Numbered from the stretch's first letter, positions 16,887-26,457 are shown. The stretch is DNA of 43,334 bases from Nitrospinota bacterium (GCA_030754595.1 JASLZZ010000016.1:1-43334), one strand, 5' to 3'. Notes: generated by a model from the letters alone, not told the origin. Numbers and translations: made by a program.

Positions 16887-18737
16887 CTAGGCCAGCGGCA
16901 GTTCGATACTTCCCATATCGCTGAGAGCGGCGTCGAAGGCGCGCTTCACCTTTGCCCCCTTTTTGGTGAAGACCATGCCGATGCGCGTGAAGGCGAGATA
17001 GTTCGGGGTGCCGTCCTCCTCGATGGGAAGCGAGAAGAGCGCCGGCAGCGAGTGCTTGGGGGGAATTTCGATAAGAGGCTTATCGCCCATGGCGATGGTC
17101 CAGGGGCCGCTTCCGGGGACGATGATGAGGTCTGCCCGCTGACGGAGGCCGGAGAGGGCCTCGGCGGCCCGGCCGGCGAGGTCTTCCATCTCGCCCTCCA
17201 CCTCTATCTTTAACGAGATTACCTTCGCTCCCAATCGGAGGAAAAAGCGCCGGACAAACCGCTCGAGGTGGCTGGGCAGGAGCCCTTCGGGCAAGGCGAC
17301 GTATTTCGGCCGCTTCTTTCGTCCGGCTTCGGTCAGCCGGCGCACCTCGGTGAGAATGTCCTCGCGCAGCCGGTCGAGATGGTGTTTGTTCTGGCGGTAC
17401 CACATCTTGAGATACTGGCGGGCGCCCGCGCGGAGCAAGGCGGTCCACCGGTCCCCGCGAATGAGGCGCGAGGCGATGCGGGGAAGGGAGTAGAACTTGC
17501 GGAAGGCGCGGACGGTCTCCCGCTGAAGCTCGTAGGGCGTCATGCGGCGGGGCTCGTAGGTGACGTAGTGGCCGTCGAAGAAGTCCCAGTCCTGGGTGCG
17601 GATCCGGCCCTCGGCGTGGAGGTCGCGGGTCATGGCCGTTCCGGGCATGGGTGTGAGGATCATGAACTGGGTGGTGTCGATGTCGAGTTTTTTGGCGAGC
17701 CGGACGGTTGTGCGCACGCTCTCGGCGTCGTCGGCGTCCGAGCCCAGGACGAACATGCCGTGCACCTTGACGCCGTGCTTGTGGAAAATGTCCATCGAGC
17801 GCCGGATGCGGTCAACGTCCATCCGCTTGTTGTAGAGCGCCAGGGTTTTCGGATTGAAACTCTCGAAGCCGATGTAGACGTTGAAGCAGTTTGAGTCGCG
17901 CATGAGGGCGATCAACTCGGCGTCGTCGGTGATCTCGGCGCGGACCTGCGCGGACCATTCCGTGCCGAGGCCCTCGGAGATCTTCCGGCGGAGGATGTTT
18001 TTCGACCGTTTTTTGTTCACCGCGAAGTTGTCGTCGCAGAAAAAAATGTAGTTGTGTTCCCGGTAGCGCCTGATCTCCTCGATCACGCGATCCTCGCTGG
18101 TGTAGCGGTAGCCGCGGCCGAGCATGGCAGTCACCGAGCAAAACGTGCAGTCGTAAGGACATCCCCGGCTGGTCATGATCGAGGCGATGCAGTTTTTGTC
18201 CCACCCGTGGACGAGCCCGAAGTCCGGGATGGGGAAGGCGTCGAGGTCCGGGACAAAGGGGCGGTTGGGGTTGTGAATCTTTTCCCCCCGGCCGTGTCTC
18301 CCTCCGGACCAATAGGAGAGGTTGGGGATGTCGGCGAAGTCGCGCCGGCCCTCGAGGGCGGAGAGCAATTCGAGCAGAGGGGCCTCGCCCTCGCCCTTGA
18401 CGACGAAATCGGTGTGGCCCAGCGCCTCCTCCGACATGAAGGTGGCGTGGGTTCCGCCCATGACGACGGGGATGCCGAGTTCTCGGGACTTCGCCGCCCA
18501 CTCGTAGGCGGGTCGGGCGGTGTTGGTGAGGGCCGAGATGCCGATGAGGTCGGCGGAAAGGATTTCCGCTTCGTCGGCCGGGGCGATGTCCTCGCAAAAT
18601 ACTTTAGTCTCGTAGCCCGCCTGATTTAAAAGTGTCGCGAGGAGCACCGCGCCGGTGCGCGGGATATGGATCCCCGAGTAGATGTTCGGGCTCTCGCTTC
18701 TGGGCTCTATGAGGACGATTTTTCGGATGGGCCCCAT
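16887..18737 (-). CDS. B12-binding-domain radical SAM protein with C-terminal extension
   Basis: VVMGGTHAT, VKGEGE, TSRGCPYDCTFC, FCDDNF, IGFES, LTPMPGT. About 150 extra C-terminal residues. Confidence 0.9.
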   Translation of the reverse strand: MGPIRKIVLIEPRSESPNIYSGIHIPRTGAVLLATLLNQAGYETKVFCEDIAPADEAEILSADLIGISALTNTARPAYEWAAKSRELGIPVVMGGTHATFMSEEALGHTDFVVKGEGEAPLLELLSALEGRRDFADIPNLSYWSGGRHGRGEKIHNPNRPFVPDLDAFPIPDFGLVHGWDKNCIASIMTSRGCPYDCTFCSVTAMLGRGYRYTSEDRVIEEIRRYREHNYIFFCDDNFAVNKKRSKNILRRKISEGLGTEWSAQVRAEITDDAELIALMRDSNCFNVYIGFESFNPKTLALYNKRMDVDRIRRSMDIFHKHGVKVHGMFVLGSDADDAESVRTTVRLAKKLDIDTTQFMILTPMPGTAMTRDLHAEGRIRTQDWDFFDGHYVTYEPRRMTPYELQRETVRAFRKFYSLPRIASRLIRGDRWTALLRAGARQYLKMWYRQNKHHLDRLREDILTEVRRLTEAGRKKRPKYVALPEGLLPSHLERFVRRFFLRLGAKVISLKIEVEGEMEDLAGRAAEALSGLRQRADLIIVPGSGPWTIAMGDKPLIEIPPKHSLPALFSLPIEEDGTPNYLAFTRIGMVFTKKGAKVKRAFDAALSDMGSIELPLA

Positions 18738-19145
18738 GCGTATAGTCCCCCTTGCCCTTCACTGTGTCAGGGATGACAAGCTACAAATAGCACAATAAGA
18801 CCGCTTGGTATGGTATTTGATGCTATCGTTAACCCAACTCTTCCGCAAGACTTTTTTATCCCGGAGACGGTTTCTTCCCGAAGTCCAGCCGTAAAAGGGC
18901 GGGATGGGAATTATTATTATTTGAACATCCAGAGGGATATGAGAATTTAGCGGGCTAAAAGAGAAAAGCCCCATGAGCAGGAATCGCTCAATGTCCGGTC
19001 TATCGATCGGGGAATCCGGGTTCATGCGGGACCCGGCGGTTATTTTACAAACTTACAGCGTGGTGGTTTTTGGCTGTGGGATAATATCTCCGGGCCTGGA
19101 GATGAAACGCGGGTTTGCGTGCCGCCGCCGGACGATGCGGAGGCG

Positions 19146-19512
19146 TTAGACCAACTGCCCCCCTCGCTCCGCATCGGGAAACGCCATCTTCAATGTAGCT
19201 TCAAATTCCGCTCGAAGATTATCGGGAATTTTGATCGACATGCCGGTCGTCCAGGAAGGAGGGTCCCCGTCGTTTTCCTCGACGCGGGCCACCGTCATCG
19301 AGCAGCCCTCGAACACCTTGTTCAGGATGTCGATGGAGCAGATGATGACTTCGCCCACCTTGGGTTCATCGTGGAGCGTGACCCTGAAGCCGCCCAGGCT
19401 GATATCCACCGGCTCAAGGAGAACGTCCGAGTGCGAAGGGGCGTCGATCAGGACAACGAAGGCGGAGTTCGGGAGCCGCGATGAACTGCGTTTTTTCGAT
19501 CCCGGAGTTCAT
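19146..19512 (-). pseudogene. PilZ-domain (c-di-GMP-binding) protein, frameshifted near the 5' end
   Basis: KRSSSRLP (RxxxR) and DISLGG (DxSxxG) motifs lie in the 19146 frame. The upstream ATG (19512, MNSGIE) joins them only if one A is removed from the A6 run (T6 at 19491-19496). Confidence 0.65.
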
Positions 19513-19733
19513 GAGAAGCCCCCAATAAAATCTCTCGACGGGCTCCAATCATACCAAATAACGGCCCGCAACGCGCCCTTTGTTTTGAGCAACTTTTTTT
19601 CACCCTGAATCATGCCTGCCCGAATTGGCGATCGATGATTTCGGGGATTTCCAGCGGACCCATCTCCGAGCGATGGCGTTGCGGGGAACCGAACGATTTC
19701 AGGGAGGGAACGCGGCCGCGCCTGCGGGCAGGC

Positions 19734-20930
19734 CTAATTCGAGGGGCCCCGGACAGCCCCCGATTCCATGAGAGAGCGAATCCGCTCTTCTCCGTAGCCG
19801 AGAGTGTTTCTTAATATTTCCTCGGTGTTTTCGCCCAGGAAGGGCGCCGGCCCGGGGTCCGGGTTTCGCGGAACCGTGAGGTCGCGGATCGGGTTTCCGA
19901 CGACGCGCACGGTGCCCGAGCCCGGGTATTCGTACTCGCGGATCAGTTCGCGCGCCCGGACCTGATCGTTTTCAAGGGCGCGGTCGAGCTTGTTCACCGG
20001 CGCGGCGGGAACGCCCCCCTCCTCGAAAATGGCCAGCCACTCCTCGGCGGACTTTTCGAGCAGTATTTTTTCCATCACCGGCAGCAACTCGGTCTGATTT
20101 TTAAAGCGAAGCTCGTTCGTTAGAAAACGCGGGTCATCGCCCAGCTCCGGGATTCCCATCGCCACGCACATTTTCTTGTAGAAGCGATCCTCCCTCGGAG
20201 AGAGAACAATATGGCCGGTGCCTGTCGGGAACGCCTGATAGGGGACCATGTACTCGTGTGCGCTGCCCTGCGGCCCGGGGAGGTCTCCCTTGTTGAGGTA
20301 CATCGTCGAGATGTAGCCGAGCATGGCGAGCTGGACATCGAACATCGGCACTTCCATATGCTGCGCGCCTTTGCCCTTGGCTTTTCCGAGGAGCCCCGCC
20401 ATGCACGCGAGGGCGCAATAGAGCGCAGTCGATATATCGGCCGAGGGAGTGCCGGGCCGCGCGGGGGGCCGCCCCGGCTCGCCCGTGATGGACATGTGAC
20501 CGCTGATCGCCACCTCGACCAGATCGAACGCGGGCCGGTCGCGCCATGGCCCCGTGTCGCCGTATCCGCTCGAATCGACGAAAACGATTTCGGGGTTGCG
20601 TTCCCGCAAGACATCGAAACCCAGGCCGAGGCGATCCATCGTGCCCGGCCGGAAGTTCGCTAATACGGCGTCCGACGCGGCAACGAGGTCGAGCAATACT
20701 TTTTTCCCGTCATCGGTTTTCAGGTCGAGGACGATGCTTTTCTTTCCCCGGTTGAAAGTCAGATATATGCTGGAGACATCGCCGATACCGGCGATACCCG
20801 GATTTCGCCCGAGATCCCCGCGCGGGGGTTCCACCTTGATGACCTCGGCGCCCATGTCGGCGAGCGCCATCCCGCCGATTGCCCCGGCGATGACCTGTCC
20901 CAGGTCGAGAATGCGGTAGCCTTCGAGCAT
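19734..20930 (-). CDS. Family III CoA-transferase (CaiB/BaiF)
   Basis: LEGYRILDL, LADMGAEVIKVEPP.GD, NRGKKS..LDLK, NFRPG, SGYG..GP, AD catalytic region, APFLGENT. Confidence 0.93.
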   Translation of the reverse strand: MLEGYRILDLGQVIAGAIGGMALADMGAEVIKVEPPRGDLGRNPGIAGIGDVSSIYLTFNRGKKSIVLDLKTDDGKKVLLDLVAASDAVLANFRPGTMDRLGLGFDVLRERNPEIVFVDSSGYGDTGPWRDRPAFDLVEVAISGHMSITGEPGRPPARPGTPSADISTALYCALACMAGLLGKAKGKGAQHMEVPMFDVQLAMLGYISTMYLNKGDLPGPQGSAHEYMVPYQAFPTGTGHIVLSPREDRFYKKMCVAMGIPELGDDPRFLTNELRFKNQTELLPVMEKILLEKSAEEWLAIFEEGGVPAAPVNKLDRALENDQVRARELIREYEYPGSGTVRVVGNPIRDLTVPRNPDPGPAPFLGENTEEILRNTLGYGEERIRSLMESGAVRGPSN

Positions 20931-20950
20931 ATAACCCTCTTTCTGCGGGG

Positions 20951-21382
20951 TCAGGAGAGAGGCGCGGCGATAGCGCTCCCTTTAATGAGTGCGTCGCCGT
21001 GTTGGTTGACAGCCTTTGCCTCGATTTCGACGCGCCGCTCGCCCGCCTCCTCGAAACGGCGGGCCACTCTCGCCCGGCAGATCACCATGTCCCCCGGCCA
21101 GGCCATCGCCGAGAAACGGATCCGGAGGGTGCGCAGGGAGCCCGGTCCCACCCACTCCGATATCAGCCGCGCCAGATAACCGCCCTGAAGCATCCCCGGC
21201 GCGAAAATTTTGTCGAATCCCGCCCTGATCGCATAAATCTCGTCGTGGTGATTCGGGTTGAAATCACCGTTCGCCCCCACGAAGCGGACAAAATCCGTGC
21301 GGGTGAGGGGCCCCGTCGTTGTCTCGCGATCGGCGCCCTCGGCGAGGGCGTCCCAGCTTGCGTAGGAAATTCGTTCGGGCAA
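20951..21382 (-). CDS. MaoC-family (R)-hydratase/dehydratase
   Basis: GDFNPNHHD hydratase-2 motif, APGM, WPGD. TTG start. Confidence 0.88.
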   Translation of the reverse strand: MPERISYASWDALAEGADRETTTGPLTRTDFVRFVGANGDFNPNHHDEIYAIRAGFDKIFAPGMLQGGYLARLISEWVGPGSLRTLRIRFSAMAWPGDMVICRARVARRFEEAGERRVEIEAKAVNQHGDALIKGSAIAAPLS

Positions 21383-21387
21383 CAGGG

Positions 21388-21864
21388 TTACTCCTTTTCG
21401 GCCTCTTTGGGCGGCGCGGCCGTTTCGATCAGTGTGCGCCGGGCCACCTGGACGAGTTCGCCGTTTTCATCGACAAAACGTGTCTCGATCACGGCGAAAG
21501 TCATCTTTCCGCCCCGGCGGCCTTCCTTTTCGCGCGTCGAGGCGATGACGTTACGCCCGTGCAGCGCCATTCCGGCGACGAGGGGTTTGTGGTATTCGAA
21601 CTCCTGCTCCCCGTGGAGGCGCCGCTTGGGGTCGTAGCCCAGATGGACCATCGGATCGTTTTCTTCGTCTTCGTGCCAGAACTGGCGCGTGAACGTCGGG
21701 GGGGCGAGAAGATCCTCAAATCCCGCCGCGCGCGCCGCACCGAGGTCGAAATGAACGGGGTCCTCGAGGCCGAGCGCCAGCGCGAACTCGCGAATTTTCC
21801 CCCGCTCGGCGGTAAGTTCGAATTCAGGAAACTCTCTTTTCAGTACGTCCGGGTCCAGTGGCAT
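21388..21864 (-). CDS. MaoC-dehydratase N-terminal (FAS1-like hot-dog) subunit
   Basis: ERGKIREFA.A.G..DPVH, APPTF, LHGEQEFEYHKP. Start ATG 21864 behind AAGGTGG. Confidence 0.88.
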   Translation of the reverse strand: MPLDPDVLKREFPEFELTAERGKIREFALALGLEDPVHFDLGAARAAGFEDLLAPPTFTRQFWHEDEENDPMVHLGYDPKRRLHGEQEFEYHKPLVAGMALHGRNVIASTREKEGRRGGKMTFAVIETRFVDENGELVQVARRTLIETAAPPKEAEKE

Positions 21865-22133
21865 CGTGTTCCACCTTATGAAAAAGACCGCCCGCAGGCG
21901 CGGACGATATGATCGGGTGAATGACTGATTATCCGATTTTCGCGGAGATTTCAATCCGCCCGGACACTTACGGCATTATGAGTGAATTTCGTGAACATGG
22001 CATTGACCCGAGACGTAAAAGCGGTCGAGGCGCCTTTCGGAAAATCCCGTTGCTCCCCCGCCCGAGGGTGAACGAGGAACCCGGCCCGCGAGAAGCAGGT
22101 GGATACCCATGAGTGAGTGAGAATTAAGGGACG

Positions 22134-23276
22134 CTAGAGGCCGAGCGCCTTTGCGATGATGTTCCGCTGGATCTCGCTCGTGCCCGCTCCGATGGTGGCG
22201 AGGCGGGCGTCCCGGTAGTGACGCTCCATCGCAAATTCGCTACTGTAGCCGTAGGCGCCCATCACCTGGACGCCCAGGTCGGACACTCTTTTATATGCCT
22301 CACCCGCGAAAAGTTTCAGCGTCGCGGCCTCGATGCGGCCCTGCTTACCCTCGGAGACGAGCCAGGCGAAGCGGTAGACTTGAAGCCGCGCGGTGTCCAC
22401 GAGGGTGTGCATCTCGGTCAGCATGTGGCTCACGGCCTGGAACTTGCCGATGGGCCGGCCGAACTGCTTTCGCTCCTTGGCGTGGTCGAGAGCAAGACGG
22501 AGCGCCGCCCCAGCCGCCCCGGTCCGCGCGGCCGAGAGGCACAGCCGCTCGGTGGTGATGTAGTCCATCAGCCCCTGCCAGCCTCCACCGATCGGGCCCA
22601 GCGCTTCGTCCTCCCCGGCCTCGACGCCGTCGTAGTGCACCTCGCAGGTGCCCATCGCCCGGTGGCCGAGAAGGCCGAGCTTTTTCCAAGAAACGCCCTC
22701 GCGCGCCGCCGGAATGATGAAGTTCGTGATGCCCTCGTGTTTGTCGCCCGAGTTGTCGGTGCGCACGGCGACGAGGATATGCGTCGCGATGGGCAACCCG
22801 GAGGTGAAGTTTTTCGTGCCGGTGATGCGGAAAGTGTCTCCCTCGCGTTCGGCGCGGGTGATGATGGCCGCCGCGTCCGAGCCCGCGTCGGGCTCAGTCA
22901 GGCTGAATGCGAAAAAGGCGTCGCCGCTCGCCGTCGCCGGGACGAATTCTTTTTTCTGGGCCTCGGTGCCGCTCATCAGGATCGCCTCGCACCCGTAGCA
23001 GACGTTCCGGAAGATCATGGTGGCGAGGTCGAGATAGTGGCTTCCCGCCGTCTCGAGCACGATGGCCAGATCGAGCGCGTCCCCGCACATCCCGCCGTAT
23101 TCCTCGGGGACGGAAACGCCGATCCAGCCGTCCTTCGCCATCGCGGCGTAAGCCTCGACCGGCGCCTCGCCCTTCTGGTCGCACGCCATCGCGTACTCGG
23201 GCGGACAGACCCGGGCCAGCAACTCGTCCAGCGTCCGCCGCATCAATTCCTGTTTTTCATTGAAAGCAAAGTCCAA
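22134..23276 (-). CDS. Acyl-CoA dehydrogenase
   Basis: FSLTEPDAGSD, GTKNFTS, RKQFGRPIGKFQAV, QVMGAYGY, RDARLATIGAGTSEIQRNII. Confidence 0.95.
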   Translation of the reverse strand: MDFAFNEKQELMRRTLDELLARVCPPEYAMACDQKGEAPVEAYAAMAKDGWIGVSVPEEYGGMCGDALDLAIVLETAGSHYLDLATMIFRNVCYGCEAILMSGTEAQKKEFVPATASGDAFFAFSLTEPDAGSDAAAIITRAEREGDTFRITGTKNFTSGLPIATHILVAVRTDNSGDKHEGITNFIIPAAREGVSWKKLGLLGHRAMGTCEVHYDGVEAGEDEALGPIGGGWQGLMDYITTERLCLSAARTGAAGAALRLALDHAKERKQFGRPIGKFQAVSHMLTEMHTLVDTARLQVYRFAWLVSEGKQGRIEAATLKLFAGEAYKRVSDLGVQVMGAYGYSSEFAMERHYRDARLATIGAGTSEIQRNIIAKALGL

Positions 23277-23290
23277 GGGAATTTCTCCGT

Positions 23291-24256
23291 TTATTTCAAA
23301 ACTTCGGGATTAATGACGTCGATCGGGTTTCCCTCGGCAAAGGCCACGACCCGGTCGAAGGCGCCGCCGATGTATTCCTCGAATGAATCCATCGAGACGT
23401 AGCCGAGGTGGGGCGAGCAGAGGCAGTTATCCAGCTCGAGCAGGGGGTGGTTGCCCCCGAGGACGGGCTCGTCCTCGTATACATCCACCGCCGCGCGGCC
23501 CGGGCGCCCGGCCCTGAGGGCGGCCTCAAGCGCGCCCTCCTCGACGAGGCCGGCCCGGCTCGTGTTGACGAAAAGGGCGGTGGGCTTCATGCGGCCCAGG
23601 TCCTCCGAGGTGATGATCCCCCGCGCGTCGGGCTTGAGGGGGATGTGGATGCTCACGACATCGGCCCCCTCGAAGAACGCCTCGCGGTTCGCCGCCATCT
23701 CGAAGCCGTCGGCCTCGGCGCTCTCTCGGCTGCCCTCGCGGCCCCAGGCCTGGATATTCATCCCGAAGGCGGCGCCGACCTTGGCGACGATGTTGCCGAT
23801 CCCGCCGTAGGCGTAGACCCCCAGCGTCTTGCCCGTGAGGCGGGAGCCGAGGGTGGTCTGCCAGCGGCCCTCTTTCATGTTCTGCACTTCAAGGGGAATG
23901 TTCCGCGAGGCGGCGAGAATCAGCCCCCAGCAGAGCTCGGCGGTGACGTTTTTGTTCCCGCCCCCGGCGGCGACTACGATGCCGCGCCGGGTGCAGGCCT
24001 CAAGGGGGATGTGGTTCACCCCTCGGGCGGTCTGGCTGATGAGCTTGAGGTTGGGGAGTTTTTCGAGGAGTTCGTCGGTGATGGGCGTTCTCTCCCGGAT
24101 GAGGACGAGGGCCTCTGCGTCCTTGTAACGCTCGGCGATGGTGTCCACCGTCTTCACGGTGTCGTTGTGGATGACGACATCGTGCGCGGCCATTTTCGAG
24201 AAGCAATCGAGGTCCCGGATGCAGTCCTGATAATCATCGGATATGACTACTTTCAT
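23291..24256 (-). CDS. D-2-hydroxyacid dehydrogenase family protein
   Basis: LIRERTP, VNTSRAGLV, AAVDVYEDEP, SPHLGYV. Confidence 0.92.
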   Translation of the reverse strand: MKVVISDDYQDCIRDLDCFSKMAAHDVVIHNDTVKTVDTIAERYKDAEALVLIRERTPITDELLEKLPNLKLISQTARGVNHIPLEACTRRGIVVAAGGGNKNVTAELCWGLILAASRNIPLEVQNMKEGRWQTTLGSRLTGKTLGVYAYGGIGNIVAKVGAAFGMNIQAWGREGSRESAEADGFEMAANREAFFEGADVVSIHIPLKPDARGIITSEDLGRMKPTALFVNTSRAGLVEEGALEAALRAGRPGRAAVDVYEDEPVLGGNHPLLELDNCLCSPHLGYVSMDSFEEYIGGAFDRVVAFAEGNPIDVINPEVLK

Positions 24257-24435
24257 CTCGGTATCCCTCTATTCAGTTCAATGTCGAAATTCGCCCCCGC
24301 GCCGAAACCGGCACCCGGTGTGGCGGGCAACGTTTTTTTAATAAGGCCCCCAATATGAACCCGCGCCGCCCGAGGTTCAAGCTTGCCGGAGCATTTTCTC
24401 CCTTCTTTATGGGTTTTGCCTATCCGTGATATAAG

Positions 24436-24477
24436 CCCGTTGGGAGTTCCGCGCTCCCCGTTGGGAGTTTCGCGCTC
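24436..24477 (+). repeat. Tandem 21-bp direct repeat (2 copies, 1 mismatch) upstream of selD
   Basis: CCCGTTGGGAGTTCCGCGCTC followed by CCCGTTGGGAGTTTCGCGCTC. Confidence 0.9.
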
Positions 24478-24512
24478 AAGGCTTCCTCCGGGGAGCGGTA
24501 AGGGAGAAAAAA

Positions 24513-25610
24513 GTGGCGGCGGCATCCGATAAAAAAATCTTGCTCACCAGCCTGGTCAAGGCGGGCGGCTGAGGCTCGAAACTGGGTCCGGAGGACCTGC
24601 GGGAAGCGCTGAACGGTTTCGAGCCGTTCAGCGATCCGAACCTGCTCTACGGCACCAACGCGGGCGACGATACGGGCGTCTACAAGCTCCGCGAGGATCT
24701 GGCCCTTGTCCAGACGGTGGATTTTTTCACGCCCATCGTCGACGACCCCTACGACTTCGGGCGCATCGCGGCGGCGAACGCCTTGAGCGACTGCTTCACG
24801 ATGGGGGCCCGGCCCGTCACCGCGCTCAATCTGGTGGCCTTTCCCTGCGAGTTGGGGCTCGATGTTCTCGGGCGCGTCATGGCCGGGGGCGCGGATGTCG
24901 TCCGCGAGGCCGGGGCCGTCATCGTCGGCGGCCACAGCGTGGACGACCCCGAGCCCAAGTACGGCATCGCCGTCACGGGCACGGTCGATCCCCGCCGGAT
25001 GATCACCAACCGGGGCGCGAGGGCGGGCGACAAGCTCATCCTCACTAAGAAAGTCGGCACCGGAATCGTCACCAACGTCACCAAGGCGGTGAACCCCATC
25101 GTCCAGGCGGCGCGTAGTATTTTCGGTCACAGCGGCAAGCTCAAGGACGGGGTTTTCAAGGAGGCGGTCGCCTCGATGTGCGCGCTCAACAACACAGCCG
25201 GCGAGATCATGACGCGGTCGGGGGCCCACGCCGCGACCGATATCACGGGCTTTGGCCTTCTCGGTCACCTGCACAACGTCATGGAGGCGAGCGGCGCGCG
25301 CGCGCGCGTGCGCTTCACGGATGTTCCCCAGTTTGATGATTTGCTGCCCCACGCGATGGTGGGTACCGCCGGCGGCGGCGAGCGCAACCGCGAGTGGACG
25401 AAAGGTTTCGTCGAGCCCTCGGCCGGCGTCAGCCGAGAGATGGCCGCCATCCTGAACGACGCCCAGACCTCGGGCGGTCTTCTCGTCGCGGTCGAGGCCT
25501 CGAAAGCGCTAGGGGTGGTTCAGGAGATGCACGCGGCGGGCGTCCCGGCGGCGAGGATCATCGGCGAGGTCATTGACGGCCCCGCCGGGACGATCGAGGT
25601 GGACGCCTGA
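24513..25610 (+). CDS. selD: Selenophosphate synthetase (selenide, water dikinase), selenocysteine-containing
   Basis: GTG 24513 behind AAGGGAG gives MAAASDKKILLTSLVKAGG-U(TGA 24570)-GSKLGP..., in frame with DDTGVY, QTVDFFTP, AANALSD, GGHS, TDITGFGLLGH and DAQTSGGLL. Confidence 0.93.
24585..24597 (+). promoter_or_regulatory. Putative bacterial SECIS apical stem-loop
   Basis: GGTCC-GGA-GGACC hairpin starting 12 nt after the UGA, with a G-containing loop 18 nt downstream of it. Confidence 0.65.
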
Positions 25611-25662
25611 AGGCGCCGCGCACTTTCCTCTTTATCGATTAACTATTTTCCCGGTGGCCCGG

Positions 25663-26235
25663 CTAGCGCTTGCACTTGCCGAGGGAGCCTTTTTTGCATT
25701 TCCTGCCGTTGGTCCAGCGGGCGAGATCGAGGATGGCGCCCTTGAATTTCACCTATCCCTTAAACACCGCCCGCTTTAAGTTGGCGTATTTGAGGTTGGC
25801 GCCCTGGAGCTTGGTTCCCTGCATCATGGCGCGCCCGAGGTTGGCGTCGTAGAGATTCGCTTTCCCAAGGTCGATGAATTGCAGGTTGGCGCGGCGCAGG
25901 TCGGCCTCCTCGAGGTTGGCGCCCTTCATGTTCGCAAAGCGCAGATTGGTCTCGAGCAGGAGCGCTTTTTTCAGATTGGCTCCCTCGAGGTTGGCGCGCC
26001 AGATGATCACTCCCTGTAGGTCGGCGCCCTCGAGGTTGGCCCCCTTGAGGTCGGCCTTGTAAAGCGACATCCCTTTTCGGCGGACCTTGATTCCGCTCAG
26101 ATCGCAGTTCGGGCATTTCTTGGTCTTCTTGAGGCGCGCCAGGGCGGCTTTTTTGAAGGCGGCTGCCGGAACGGCCGGGGACAGGGCGGTCAGAAGCGCC
26201 GCCGCGCCAGCGATGAGGCCCATTGTCGGTTTCAT
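25663..26235 (-). pseudogene. Secreted pentapeptide-repeat protein with a probable premature in-frame TAG
   Basis: Signal peptide, CPNCDLSG, A(D/N)Lxx repeats. TAG at 25753-25755 is followed in frame by VKFKGAILDLARWTNGRKCKKGSLGKCKR*, which continues the repeats and adds a Cys-containing cap. Confidence 0.75.
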
Positions 26236-26457
26236 GGTGTTTCCCTCGTGGAAGATCGCGTCTTTTTGTTATCCGCTCGATCATCTATTTTAGTCCCGGT
26301 TTACGGTGATTGCACCCCGCAAAATACAATCGGCGTTTCCGGGCGCCACGGGCTTGTTCCGAATTCGCTTTAACCGGGCGTTTCCGGGCTCCACCAGCTG
26401 TTTGTTATTCCCTGGAGGGTGTCCCCGGATTCGCCCTAATCATCAAAGGAGATAAGA

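Noticed and set aside
18759..19025. 88-aa minus-strand ORF upstream of the radical SAM gene
   Set aside because: Atypical composition and no motifs. More likely AT-rich promoter DNA.
24436..24477. 21-bp repeat as a mini CRISPR array
   Set aside because: Only two adjacent copies, no spacer and no cas genes.
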